64,000 bases of DNA, from NCBI GenBank assembly GCA_021413905.1, contig JAIOPO010000005.1, positions 2,027 to 66,026 on the forward strand, in the 5' to 3' direction. Below, piece after piece: positions 21,610-34,962 of this stretch. Below the pieces are notes generated by a model. The model had not been told where the DNA came from. It was given only the letters and a program-made list of their open reading frames with translations, and did no database searches. The position numbers were made by a program, and so were the translations under genes. The stretch is from Candidatus Nomurabacteria bacterium (lineage in GTDB: Bacteria; Patescibacteriota; Minisyncoccia; Phycocordibacterales; UBA9973). Within the stretch, counting starts at the first letter, position 1. Every line of letters begins with the position of its first letter.

Positions 21610-23461
21610 ATATTTGCTCTGGCTTTGCATTGCATTTAGCGTGGGTATTTCATCTGCTTTTTTTATCACAAAAGCGATAGGATATTATAAAATAGATAGC
21701 AAGACAGCATATCAAAATGTAGAAAATACAAACACTATAACAGAGGACAATACACCAAAGAATTTTTATTTTATAAAAGATCCAAATCAAAAACCAAAAA
21801 TCTCAGCAAATGCATATGTCGTCGGTGATTTGGATACAGGTGAAATAATTTTAGAAAAAAATGAAAATGACATCTTTCCTATTGCTTCCGTTTCCAAACT
21901 CATGACGAGTTTGATAGGCACCGAATTATCAAAAGATGAAGATATTGCACAAGTCACCAAAAATGCGCTCGCGACTTATGGCAAAAATGGTGAATTGCAT
22001 TTAGGAGAAAAAATAAAAGTAAATGAACTTTTTTATCCACTATTAATGGAATCTTCAAATGATGCAGCTGAAGTTATAGCCGAATATTTCAATCGTGATT
22101 CTTTTATTTCCAAAATGAATCTAGAAGCAAAAAAACTTGAAATGAATGCTACTTCTTTCGAAGACCCTAGCGGTCTATCACCAAACAATAAATCAACAGC
22201 ATTGGATTTGTTTAAACTTTCAGGATATTTAGTAAAAAATAAAGAAAATATTTTGGAAATAACCAAAAAGAAAAGTTACTTGAATGCGAAACACAATTGG
22301 TTCAGCACAAATCAATTCTTGCGAGAAGAAGGATATCTCGGAGGTAAAAGCGGATATACAGACTTGGCAAAACAAACAGGCATTTCCCTCTTCTCAATCC
22401 CTTTAGGAGAATCTGGAACCAGACATATTGCAATAACACTTCTGCAAACTCCAGACCGTTACAAAGATGCAAAAAGTCTTTTAACTTATTTGCGTAAAAA
22501 TGTTTATTATGGAGGTGAAGATGATGCAAATACTGCCTGGGTGAAAGAAAAAGAAGGACTGCCAGACATTGAAGAAAAAGATTTTGTCACACTTGCATTT
22601 GTCGGAGACATAATGCTCGACCGTGGAGTTAGAAGCTCTGTAAACAAAAATTTCAACGGAGATTATTCTGCTCTTTTTGACAATTTAGATATTTTGAAAA
22701 ATTATGATATTTCTTTTGCAAATCTTGAAGGCCCAGCATCAGACCAAGGAAAAGATATGCATAATCTATATTCCTTTGAAATGGATCCTTCTGCTATACC
22801 AGCTATTAAAGGTGCCGGTTTTGATATTTTGTCAGTCGCCAATAATCACGTCGGTGACTATGGACGAGATGCATACATTGATACTCTTGCAAGATTAAAA
22901 GAAAATGAAATTCTTTATGCGGGAGGAGGTAACAATTCCACAGAAGCCGAACAACCGACAATAATAGAAAAATACGGAATGAAAATCGGCTATTTAGCAT
23001 TTTCTGACAAAGGCCCGGACTGGATGCAAGCCACATCTGAAAAAGCCGGACTCCTTTTGGCTAACAATCCGCGTTTTGATGAGATAATTTCAAATGCTTC
23101 TAAACAAGTAGACTATCTCATAGTATCATTTCACTTCGGCGAAGAATACCAAACAAAGCATAACGATAGACAAGCGTATCTCGCACACAAAGCCATAGAT
23201 GCCGGCGCGAAAATAATCATCGGCGCACATCCGCACGTAGTGGAAGATACCGAAGTTTACAAAAAAGGATTCATCGCTTATTCCCTGGGCAACTTTATTT
23301 TTGACCAAAAGTTTTCAGAAAACACAATGCAAGGAATGTTGCTAGAACTCAAACTAAACCGTGACGGATCAATATCTGCAAAGAAAAATATAATAAAATT
23401 AGATTCTGTCTTTCAACCCCAAAAACCTATTTTAGGTAAAGAAGAAAAAGTGAAGTTTTAG
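21581..23461 (+). CDS. Fusion of peptidase S11 (D-Ala-D-Ala carboxypeptidase) and CapA-family metallophosphoesterase
   Basis: ASVSKLMT (SxxK), SSN, KSG in the N-half; GDIMLDR, NLEG, ANNH, HFGEE, GAHPHV, YSLGNF in the C-half. Confidence 0.85.
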   Translation: MNLKLHPKIKYLLWLCIAFSVGISSAFFITKAIGYYKIDSKTAYQNVENTNTITEDNTPKNFYFIKDPNQKPKISANAYVVGDLDTGEIILEKNENDIFPIASVSKLMTSLIGTELSKDEDIAQVTKNALATYGKNGELHLGEKIKVNELFYPLLMESSNDAAEVIAEYFNRDSFISKMNLEAKKLEMNATSFEDPSGLSPNNKSTALDLFKLSGYLVKNKENILEITKKKSYLNAKHNWFSTNQFLREEGYLGGKSGYTDLAKQTGISLFSIPLGESGTRHIAITLLQTPDRYKDAKSLLTYLRKNVYYGGEDDANTAWVKEKEGLPDIEEKDFVTLAFVGDIMLDRGVRSSVNKNFNGDYSALFDNLDILKNYDISFANLEGPASDQGKDMHNLYSFEMDPSAIPAIKGAGFDILSVANNHVGDYGRDAYIDTLARLKENEILYAGGGNNSTEAEQPTIIEKYGMKIGYLAFSDKGPDWMQATSEKAGLLLANNPRFDEIISNASKQVDYLIVSFHFGEEYQTKHNDRQAYLAHKAIDAGAKIIIGAHPHVVEDTEVYKKGFIAYSLGNFIFDQKFSENTMQGMLLELKLNRDGSISAKKNIIKLDSVFQPQKPILGKEEKVKF

Positions 23462-23464
23462 AAA

Positions 23465-25777
23465 CTATTTCGCAATAGCGGCGGCTTCGTCGAATTTGAT
23501 AGATAAGAGTTTTGAACCACCGTCGGCGCCGATGGTGACACCGTAGAGGACGCCAGCGCGAGACATTGTCTCGCGATTGTGAGTGACGACGATGAGCTGT
23601 GAATGCTTTGAAAGCTTTTCCACCATATCACCATATCTGCGAGAATTCGCTTCATCTAGGGCTGCGTCTGTCTCATCTAGCACCAAGAATGGCGGAGGAT
23701 TAACTTGAGACATAGCAAAAAGAAGTGCGATAGATGTGAGTGAGCGCTCTCCTCCAGAAAGAGCGTGTAGTTCTTTTACTTTTTTATGGGGAAGCGAAAC
23801 ATTTATCTCAATACCATGCTCAAAAACGATATCCTCTCCATCTGACTCACCATCATCTTTTTTCTTTTTTTGTTCAGCCACGACAGACAAAAAAGCAGAA
23901 CCTCCACCAAACATAATTGAGAAAAATTCTTGAAATTCTGTATTGATTTTTTTCACACCTTCCTTGAATTCAAAATCTATTTTTTCTTTCAAATCCGCCA
24001 TCAACACACGCAAAGATTCTATACTTTTTGCCAAATCTTCTAATTCTTTTGCTAAAAAATTATCACGCTCACTGACTTCTTCATACTCTTTCATAACTTC
24101 CGCCCCGCCGATAAGCCCTGCGTCTTCGAGTTTTATTTTCAAGCGTTCTATTTTTCTTTTTTGTTCTTCTTGAATATATCTATCTATAGAACCTTGTATT
24201 TCAAAATCTTTATATGAAAGAATTTCATACCCCACCAAGACAGAACCTTCTTTAATTTCATTTTCAAAGTTTTCTATTTCACGTGAAAGATTTTCTGCTT
24301 TTACATTTATTACATTTAATAATGAAGAGAGTTCACTATGTCTCATTTTTAAATTGAATTTTTCTCTTTCACTTTCTCTTTTACTTTCAATTTCTTTATT
24401 GATTTCATTTTTTAAAATTTCCAAATTGGAAAGAATTTTATTTTCTTCAGTCTGGAGATTTTGCATTTCTATCAGAATTTCTTGTTGATTTTGTTTTAAA
24501 TTTTGCAATTGCTCCTCAAAAGCCAAATCCCGAGAGATTTCTGAATGATCTGACTGAACCAAAAATGAGGACAAATTAGAACTCGAAGAAGGTTCTCGTG
24601 ATTCGGCAACCCTAGCAAATCTATCTAAAATATCTTTTATTTTTTGTAAAATCGGCGCGACATTTTCCAATATATCCATATGCATCGCTTCCTCCAAATA
24701 TTCATTGGCTTCACGTAAAAAATCAGCAAATTCTTCTTGCTCTATGGAGATTTTTTTAATATTTTCTATTTTATTTTCTTGTTTTATGGCAACAGGTTTT
24801 TGTGCGCGATGCTCTTCCATTTCTATCATTCCCTCAATACGTCCAAGTTTACGATCCATCTCGCCTCGAATTGCGCGTATTTCAGAAATTTTCTTTTCCA
24901 AATTTCGCACTTCTTCTGTTTTTTTATTTTCTTCTAAAGAATTATTTTCTTCAGTATTTGAAATTTTTTCTGAAATAATAGAAAGTTCTGCAGAAATTTT
25001 ATTTTTCTGATTATTTAAATTATTTTTTTCTTGATCCAAATACACACTTTCTTTTTTTAAATATTCTTTATATAAACCCAGCAATTCGACTTTCATATCT
25101 TTCGCTTTTTCAAATTTCTCAACTTGTTTTTTCAAGAAATTCAAATGAGGAGCATTTTCTCTACGCAGTAAAACAACTTCTTTCATATTTGTATTTGTCC
25201 TGTCGAGCTTTCTTTCAGATTCTTTTATTTTGTATTGATAGACTTTCAAACCCAAAGCATCTTCCACCATCTCACGTCTGTCACGTGGAGATGCATTCAA
25301 TATTCTATCAGCTTCACCCTGAGAGATAATATGATGTCCAGAAGAACCAATATTCACAGAAGCCAAAAGATTTTGTATATCTTTGAGACGAACTTCTGTG
25401 CCATTCAAAATATATTTATTTAATCCATCAATATGCACTTCACGAGAAATGGAAATAATATCATAATTTAAATTTATATTCTCACCGCTCTCATTTGATA
25501 ATTTAAAAACTTTATCAGCATTATTAAAATAAATAGTCACCGACGCACGCGTGCCTTTTGGCAAGTTTTTAGAGCCTTTAAATACAAGGTCAGAGCCCGC
25601 TTTTCCTCGCATTGATTTCATTGATTGCTCACCCAATACAAAACGAAATGCCTCCACTACGTTAGACTTACCAGAGCCATTAGGCCCAACAACAGAAACC
25701 ACTGGACTCAAAAATTCCAAAGATGTTTTTTTGGCAAAAGATTTAAAACCGTTTATTTCTATAGAATTTAAACGCAT
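23465..25777 (-). CDS. smc: SMC-family ATPase, short (770 aa), no recognisable hinge
   Basis: GFKSF, GPNGSGKSN, LSGGERSL, VLDETDAALD. Confidence 0.85.
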   Translation of the reverse strand: MRLNSIEINGFKSFAKKTSLEFLSPVVSVVGPNGSGKSNVVEAFRFVLGEQSMKSMRGKAGSDLVFKGSKNLPKGTRASVTIYFNNADKVFKLSNESGENINLNYDIISISREVHIDGLNKYILNGTEVRLKDIQNLLASVNIGSSGHHIISQGEADRILNASPRDRREMVEDALGLKVYQYKIKESERKLDRTNTNMKEVVLLRRENAPHLNFLKKQVEKFEKAKDMKVELLGLYKEYLKKESVYLDQEKNNLNNQKNKISAELSIISEKISNTEENNSLEENKKTEEVRNLEKKISEIRAIRGEMDRKLGRIEGMIEMEEHRAQKPVAIKQENKIENIKKISIEQEEFADFLREANEYLEEAMHMDILENVAPILQKIKDILDRFARVAESREPSSSSNLSSFLVQSDHSEISRDLAFEEQLQNLKQNQQEILIEMQNLQTEENKILSNLEILKNEINKEIESKRESEREKFNLKMRHSELSSLLNVINVKAENLSREIENFENEIKEGSVLVGYEILSYKDFEIQGSIDRYIQEEQKRKIERLKIKLEDAGLIGGAEVMKEYEEVSERDNFLAKELEDLAKSIESLRVLMADLKEKIDFEFKEGVKKINTEFQEFFSIMFGGGSAFLSVVAEQKKKKDDGESDGEDIVFEHGIEINVSLPHKKVKELHALSGGERSLTSIALLFAMSQVNPPPFLVLDETDAALDEANSRRYGDMVEKLSKHSQLIVVTHNRETMSRAGVLYGVTIGADGGSKLLSIKFDEAAAIAK

Positions 25778-25778
25778 A

Positions 25779-26474
25779 CTAATCTAACCAATGTTTTAAT
25801 TTTAATGCATTTTCTGCGGCTTTTTGTTCAGCCTCTTGTTTTGATTTTCCTTTTCCTTCAGCTATGAGTTCAGAACCAAAATAAATACCAACAGTAAAAT
25901 GTTTATCATGATCTGGACCTGTTTCATTTAATACTTTATATGCCGGAGTAAAACCGACAAATTCTTGAGATTTCTCTTGTACTAAACTTTTTGCATCACG
26001 CCATAATTTTTTAGAAACAATCTCATCGATATTTGGCAATAAAGTTTCTCGCACAAATTTTTCTGCAACATCATAACCTTGATCCATATAGACCGCTCCG
26101 ATATAAGCTTCATAAGTATTTGCCAAAATATATTGACGAGCTTTACCAGTGTCTTTCATTTCGCCTTTTGATAAAAGTAAGAAATCATTCATGTCTGTCT
26201 TCGAAGCAATTTCAGAAATAATAATTGCATTTACGAGTGCAGAACGAAGAGCCGTCAATTCACCTTCGGCATAATTTGGATATTTTTTATATAAAAAATC
26301 TGTAACTATTAACTCTAAAACGGCATCACCCAAAAATTCCAAACGCTCATTGTGCGCCAAACCGACATTCGGATTTTCATTTATATAAGAACGATGAATA
26401 AAAGATTGTTTCAATAAATCTTTATTTTTAAAAACTATATTTGTCTTTTTTTCGAACTCAGAAAAATTTATCAT
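25779..26474 (-). CDS. rnc: Ribonuclease III
   Basis: HNERLEFLGDAVL and C-terminal dsRBD. Confidence 0.97.
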   Translation of the reverse strand: MINFSEFEKKTNIVFKNKDLLKQSFIHRSYINENPNVGLAHNERLEFLGDAVLELIVTDFLYKKYPNYAEGELTALRSALVNAIIISEIASKTDMNDFLLLSKGEMKDTGKARQYILANTYEAYIGAVYMDQGYDVAEKFVRETLLPNIDEIVSKKLWRDAKSLVQEKSQEFVGFTPAYKVLNETGPDHDKHFTVGIYFGSELIAEGKGKSKQEAEQKAAENALKLKHWLD

Positions 26475-26490
26475 AAATTTTTTCCCGGTG

Positions 26491-27390
26491 TTATTTTTTA
26501 CTAATAATCTCTATCGCTTTTGATATCAAAGGAATAATATCATTATAAATGCGAAGCTCTGGAATCTCGGAAAGTTGAAACCATTTTGCGCCGTCGAGTC
26601 CTCCTGATTCTTCGAGCACTAATTCTCTATACTCACTTTCTGCTAAGAAGTATGTAACCTTTTTCAAAATTTTACCTTGCTCTGGATGTTTCGCCACATA
26701 TTGATTTTCTCCGAGTTTCTCTTGAATATTAACATCCAAACCTATTTCTTCTTTTATTTCTCTTTTTGTAGCATCTTCTTCATTTTCGCCTTCCTCTATG
26801 CCACCTTTGGCAATAGTCCAATAACCAAAAACATCATGAACCATTGCAAAATAAATATTATTGTCTTTTTTAGCATACACCAATGCTCCACCTTTTTTTT
26901 CTACTGGAAGTTTGGAGATATCTACAGGTTCTTCTATTTTTTTCTTTTTGCTAATCTCATCTTTGCCTGGCTCACCCATTTCTTTGTAAACTGCCCCTAA
27001 AACACCATTGATAAATTTGCTGGAATTTTCCCCACCGAAAGTTTTTGCCAATTCGATAGCTTCATTGATAGCTACTTTTGGAGGGACTTGATTTCTGTCA
27101 CCAAACAAAAGCTCGGTCAAACCTATACGTAAAATATTTCTATCTACAACAGAAATTTTATCAATAGGCCAATCAGGCGCAGCTTTTTCTATTATCTCAT
27201 CGATAACTTCTCTTTTTTTTAGAACTTGTTCCAATAAAAAAGCTACAAAAACATCATCTTCTAAACCAGGAGCGAATTCTTTCAAATTACGAGCCATAGC
27301 TTCTTTTACATTAACATCTTTTCCATTTAGGAAATCCCACTCGAAAAGTGTTTGTAAAACTATTGATCTAGAAAGGTGCCTGTTTGCCAT
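26491..27390 (-). CDS. nusB: NusB fused to a C-terminal NUDIX domain
   Basis: MANRHLSRSIVLQTLFEWD, AINEAIELAKTFG..FINGVLG, then KGGIEEGENEEDATKREIKEEIG Nudix box; start chosen at ATG 27390. Confidence 0.9.
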   Translation of the reverse strand: MANRHLSRSIVLQTLFEWDFLNGKDVNVKEAMARNLKEFAPGLEDDVFVAFLLEQVLKKREVIDEIIEKAAPDWPIDKISVVDRNILRIGLTELLFGDRNQVPPKVAINEAIELAKTFGGENSSKFINGVLGAVYKEMGEPGKDEISKKKKIEEPVDISKLPVEKKGGALVYAKKDNNIYFAMVHDVFGYWTIAKGGIEEGENEEDATKREIKEEIGLDVNIQEKLGENQYVAKHPEQGKILKKVTYFLAESEYRELVLEESGGLDGAKWFQLSEIPELRIYNDIIPLISKAIEIISKK

Positions 27391-27477
27391 AATTAATGAA
27401 CTAAATGAATATAATTTAACAATATTCAATATGTTAAAAACATAAAGAATTGCAATTAATTTTTAAAATGCTTTTGA

Positions 27478-27696
27478 TTAAGCTTTTTTAGCTTTTGCTT
27501 TCTTGATTTTCTTTTCAGCTTTTTTAACCAAATCCAATACTTTCATACCACGATAAAAACCACAAGCTTTACAAACTGTGTGTTTTTTCTTTAGTTCACT
27601 GCAATTTGCGCATTTCGCAAAACTCGTGCTTTTTAAAGCATGATGTGAACGTCGGTTCGCTGTATGGGATTTTGTATGTCTCATTCGTACTACCAT
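27478..27696 (-). CDS. rpmF: 50S ribosomal protein L32
   Basis: RRSHHAL, CANC..HTVCKACGFYRG; start MVVRMRH at 27696. Confidence 0.93.
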   Translation of the reverse strand: MVVRMRHTKSHTANRRSHHALKSTSFAKCANCSELKKKHTVCKACGFYRGMKVLDLVKKAEKKIKKAKAKKA

Positions 27697-27772
27697 AAAA
27701 CCATTATAGCATATTGATTTTGAAATGCAATAAATCATTTTATAATTTCAAAAAATGTGATATTATGGAAAT

Positions 27773-29016
27773 ATGGAAGAAAATAAAGATAAAGATCATA
27801 AAAAAATAGGCCGAGAAATGGAACTTTTCACTTTTAGTGATTCTGTAGGTAAAGGTTTACCTATTTGGTTACCAAAAGGCGCTACCGTGCGCAGAGAACT
27901 TGAACGTTTTATAGTGGACGAAGAAATTCGCCGTGGATATCTACACGTACGTACTCCTGATATTGCCAAGCTTGATTTATATAAAAAATCCGGACATTAT
28001 CCACATTACCAAGATTCCATGTATGCTCCTATTGTTATCGATGACGAAGAATTTATGCTTCGCCCAATGACTTGTCCACATCATTTTGAATTGTATTTAC
28101 ACAAACCTCATAGCTATCGCGAGCTACCTATGCGCATAGCCGAACTCGCACAACTCTACAGATATGAACAGTCCGGAGAACTTATGGGCCTACAAAGAGT
28201 TCGTACTTTTTGTTTAGCAGATGCACATATAATATGTAAAGATGAAACACAAGCTATAGAAGAAATCGGCAATGCTTTAGACCTGATTGAATACGTCACT
28301 TCAGTTTTTAATTTAAAACTTGATGTTGATTACAGATATCGTCTATCATTAGGAGACAGAGATAATCACGAAAAATATTATAAAAATGATGAAGCTTGGG
28401 AAAAAGGCGAAGACTTGATGCGCAAACTTATGCAAAAAAGAGGTTCTAAATTTGAAGAAGCCAAAGATGAAGCCGCTTTTTACGGACCAAAAATAGATAT
28501 TCAAATGAAAAATGTAAACGGTAAAGAAGATACTGCATTCACAGTACAATATGATTTTTGTATGCCAAAAAGATTTGAATTAAAATATATGGGCGAAGAC
28601 GGTAATGAACATCAAGCTTTTGTTGTTCACCGTTCATCTATAGGCGCAATTGAAAGAATAATGGCATTCCTAATAGAAAAATACGCCGGTGCATTCCCTC
28701 TTTGGCTTTCCCCTACTCAAGTCGCAATTGTTCCTGTGCGAGAAAACCACGAAGAAGAAGCAGAAAAGATAAATCAATTGTTAAAAAATAATTCAATCAG
28801 AGTGCAAATTTTACACTCAGGAGATTCTATTGGCAAAAGAATCAATCACGCAAAAGCTGAAAAAATACCTTATGTAATAGTTCTAGGAGACAAAGAAATG
28901 TCTGCAAACACTCTCACAGTGGAAAAACGCGACGGAACAAAAATAGAAAATATTTCACCTGTTGATTTTCTAAAAGAATTGCAAGAGAAAATAAATTCTA
29001 AATCTTTGGAGTTATA

Positions 29017-29017
<1 letters not shown>
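27773..29017 (+). CDS. thrS: Threonyl-tRNA synthetase lacking N-terminal TGS/editing domains
   Basis: Begins at DHKKIGREMELF; RPMTCPHH, YRYEQSG, AAFYGPKID, VHRSSIG. Confidence 0.94.
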
Positions 29018-32995
<3,978 letters not shown>

Positions 32996-33003
32996 AAATT
33001 TAT

Positions 33004-33990
33004 TTATTGTGAAACATTGGTCGGTGCGACCATGTGTTTCAAAACATTATAACATTTATTTTTATTTTTAATAGCTTCATTTTGACATAATTCCGGTGAA
33101 TTATAGACCAATTCATTATGAAAATTATAATAACGAATAAGCCCCTCAAAACAAGCATCAACATTTTTAAATACAAAACAATAATTTTCCCCTTCTTTTT
33201 CTTGTGTAATATGATGCTTCATAAAACCAACTCCGGAACCAACAATGCAACTTACTCTCAAGGAAGAAGAAGTTATGGATTCACATTTTTTAATATTATC
33301 CAAAGATTCCGTAGACATTTTATACCTTGGAGCATAAAAATAACAATTATTATTATAAGGAGTTTTAAAAGTGGAACAAAAATCAAATGCATCTTCAAAA
33401 TGCGTAATTACTTTATTTATACCAGTATTCTCATCATCAAAAATATGCATAAAAACACCATCGTAACAATTTGACCTTTGAGATTTTTCTTTATAAGAAT
33501 CACAAAAACTTAAAGATTTTTTAACATCGCCGTTCAAAGCAAACATGAGACCATGTCCAACTCCATGGAAACAACGATTTAAATTAGCGGGTAAACATAC
33601 TGAATTTAATTCATTCAATAATTGATCTTCTTTCAGAAAACCAAACTTTTCTTCTATAACTCCATGAATATATCCTGCCCCACAAACATCATCTTCATAA
33701 GACATCGCGCCAGAGAAACCATATTTCAAATAAGCATGATGTCCTATTTCATGAGCTACACCATGACAAGAATTTGCAAGACTTTCATCTGAAATAATTT
33801 CTTCTCTCAATATTGCAAGCACTTGACTGGGTGTCTTTTTGTCTAACATTTGCATTAACTCTTCGCGAGAATAATGTGGCAAAGTTTTTTGTTCTTTTTT
33901 AATATTTAAATAAAAATAAATAGAGAAAATAAAAAACAATACAGCAAAAATAACCAGTGTTTTTCGAATAAGACCTGGTGATATTTTCAT
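33004..33990 (-). CDS. Membrane-anchored Cys/His-rich repeat protein of unknown function
   Basis: N-terminal TM; CHGVAHEIGH, CGAGYIHG, CFHGVGHG, CYDGVFM repeats. Confidence 0.75.
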   Translation of the reverse strand: MKISPGLIRKTLVIFAVLFFIFSIYFYLNIKKEQKTLPHYSREELMQMLDKKTPSQVLAILREEIISDESLANSCHGVAHEIGHHAYLKYGFSGAMSYEDDVCGAGYIHGVIEEKFGFLKEDQLLNELNSVCLPANLNRCFHGVGHGLMFALNGDVKKSLSFCDSYKEKSQRSNCYDGVFMHIFDDENTGINKVITHFEDAFDFCSTFKTPYNNNCYFYAPRYKMSTESLDNIKKCESITSSSLRVSCIVGSGVGFMKHHITQEKEGENYCFVFKNVDACFEGLIRYYNFHNELVYNSPELCQNEAIKNKNKCYNVLKHMVAPTNVSQ

Positions 33991-33997
33991 AAAATTT

Positions 33998-34723
33998 TTA
34001 AAACTGATTCAATCTTAAGTCCCCTTGATAAAAAAGACGCACGTCGGGGATATTCCAGCGTATCATAGCAATACGATCGAGACCTCCACCGAATGCAAAA
34101 CCTTGAAATTTTTCCGGATCGAGTCCTAAATTTTTTAAAACATTTGGATGCAACATTCCCCCGCCCATCATTTCCAGCCATTTGCCATTGAATTTTGCAT
34201 GCACTTCCACAGACGGCTCGGTAAAAGGAAAGAAACTCGGACGGAATTCTATTTCAATATTTTCACCCAAAGCTTTTTTATAAAATTGCGTCAGCACACC
34301 TTTCATATGTGCCAAAGTCCCCGCTCCACTTTTGTCTTCCATAGGTACAATAGCAAAGCCGTCAATTTGATAAAATTGCATTTCGTGAGTTATGTCTGTG
34401 GCTTCATTTCTGAAAACTTTGCCTATAGAAATATACGCGCAAGGAAATTTATTTTCTTTCCCTGCCATTTCAATCATACGCGCTGTGGTATTTGTATTAT
34501 GAGTGCGCAAAACTTTTTCACTTTCATTTTTAATATAAAAAGTGTCTTGCATGTCGCGCGCCGGATGATCTTTCGGTACGTTCAACGCGTCAAAATTATA
34601 AAAAGTATTTTCCAACTCCGGACTGTTTGCAATTTCAAAACCAAGCTCGGAAAAAACTCTATAAGCTTCATTGGCTAATATAGAAAGTGGATGCTCGCTA
34701 CCCTTTTGAATATCATTTTCCAT
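33998..34723 (-). CDS. pheS: Phenylalanyl-tRNA synthetase alpha subunit, N-terminally truncated
   Basis: HPL, NFDALNVPKDHPARDMQDTFY, FRPSFFPFTEPS, GFAFG. Confidence 0.95.
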   Translation of the reverse strand: MENDIQKGSEHPLSILANEAYRVFSELGFEIANSPELENTFYNFDALNVPKDHPARDMQDTFYIKNESEKVLRTHNTNTTARMIEMAGKENKFPCAYISIGKVFRNEATDITHEMQFYQIDGFAIVPMEDKSGAGTLAHMKGVLTQFYKKALGENIEIEFRPSFFPFTEPSVEVHAKFNGKWLEMMGGGMLHPNVLKNLGLDPEKFQGFAFGGGLDRIAMIRWNIPDVRLFYQGDLRLNQF

Positions 34724-34727
34724 TTAA

Positions 34728-34955
34728 TTAATAGTTATGCCATTCAAGAGAATAATAGTGAGGACTTATATACTTTAAAACATAAGTACCATTAACATCT
34801 TGAATTTTCATATCGGCCTTATAATCACTAGACGTCTTTGCATTTTCAAAAAAATCTAAAACATAACTATCATTCCAATGATTTCTTAAATATTCCAGAG
34901 CATGGTCGACATCGCCATTATTCTCTATGTCACATTCATAAATTTTTGTAATCAT
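34728..34955 (-). CDS. Hypothetical protein
   Basis: 75-aa ORF tightly packed between trhO and pheS. Confidence 0.6.
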   Translation of the reverse strand: MITKIYECDIENNGDVDHALEYLRNHWNDSYVLDFFENAKTSSDYKADMKIQDVNGTYVLKYISPHYYSLEWHNY

Positions 34956-34962
34956 AAAATTA

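Noticed and set aside
23465-23660. GC-rich 3' end of smc as foreign DNA
   Set aside because: It encodes conserved SMC head motifs in frame, and there is no boundary repeat.
34728-34955. Possible split-off N-terminal domain of PheS
   Set aside because: The sequence lacks the coiled-coil/GKKG character of the PheS N-terminus.
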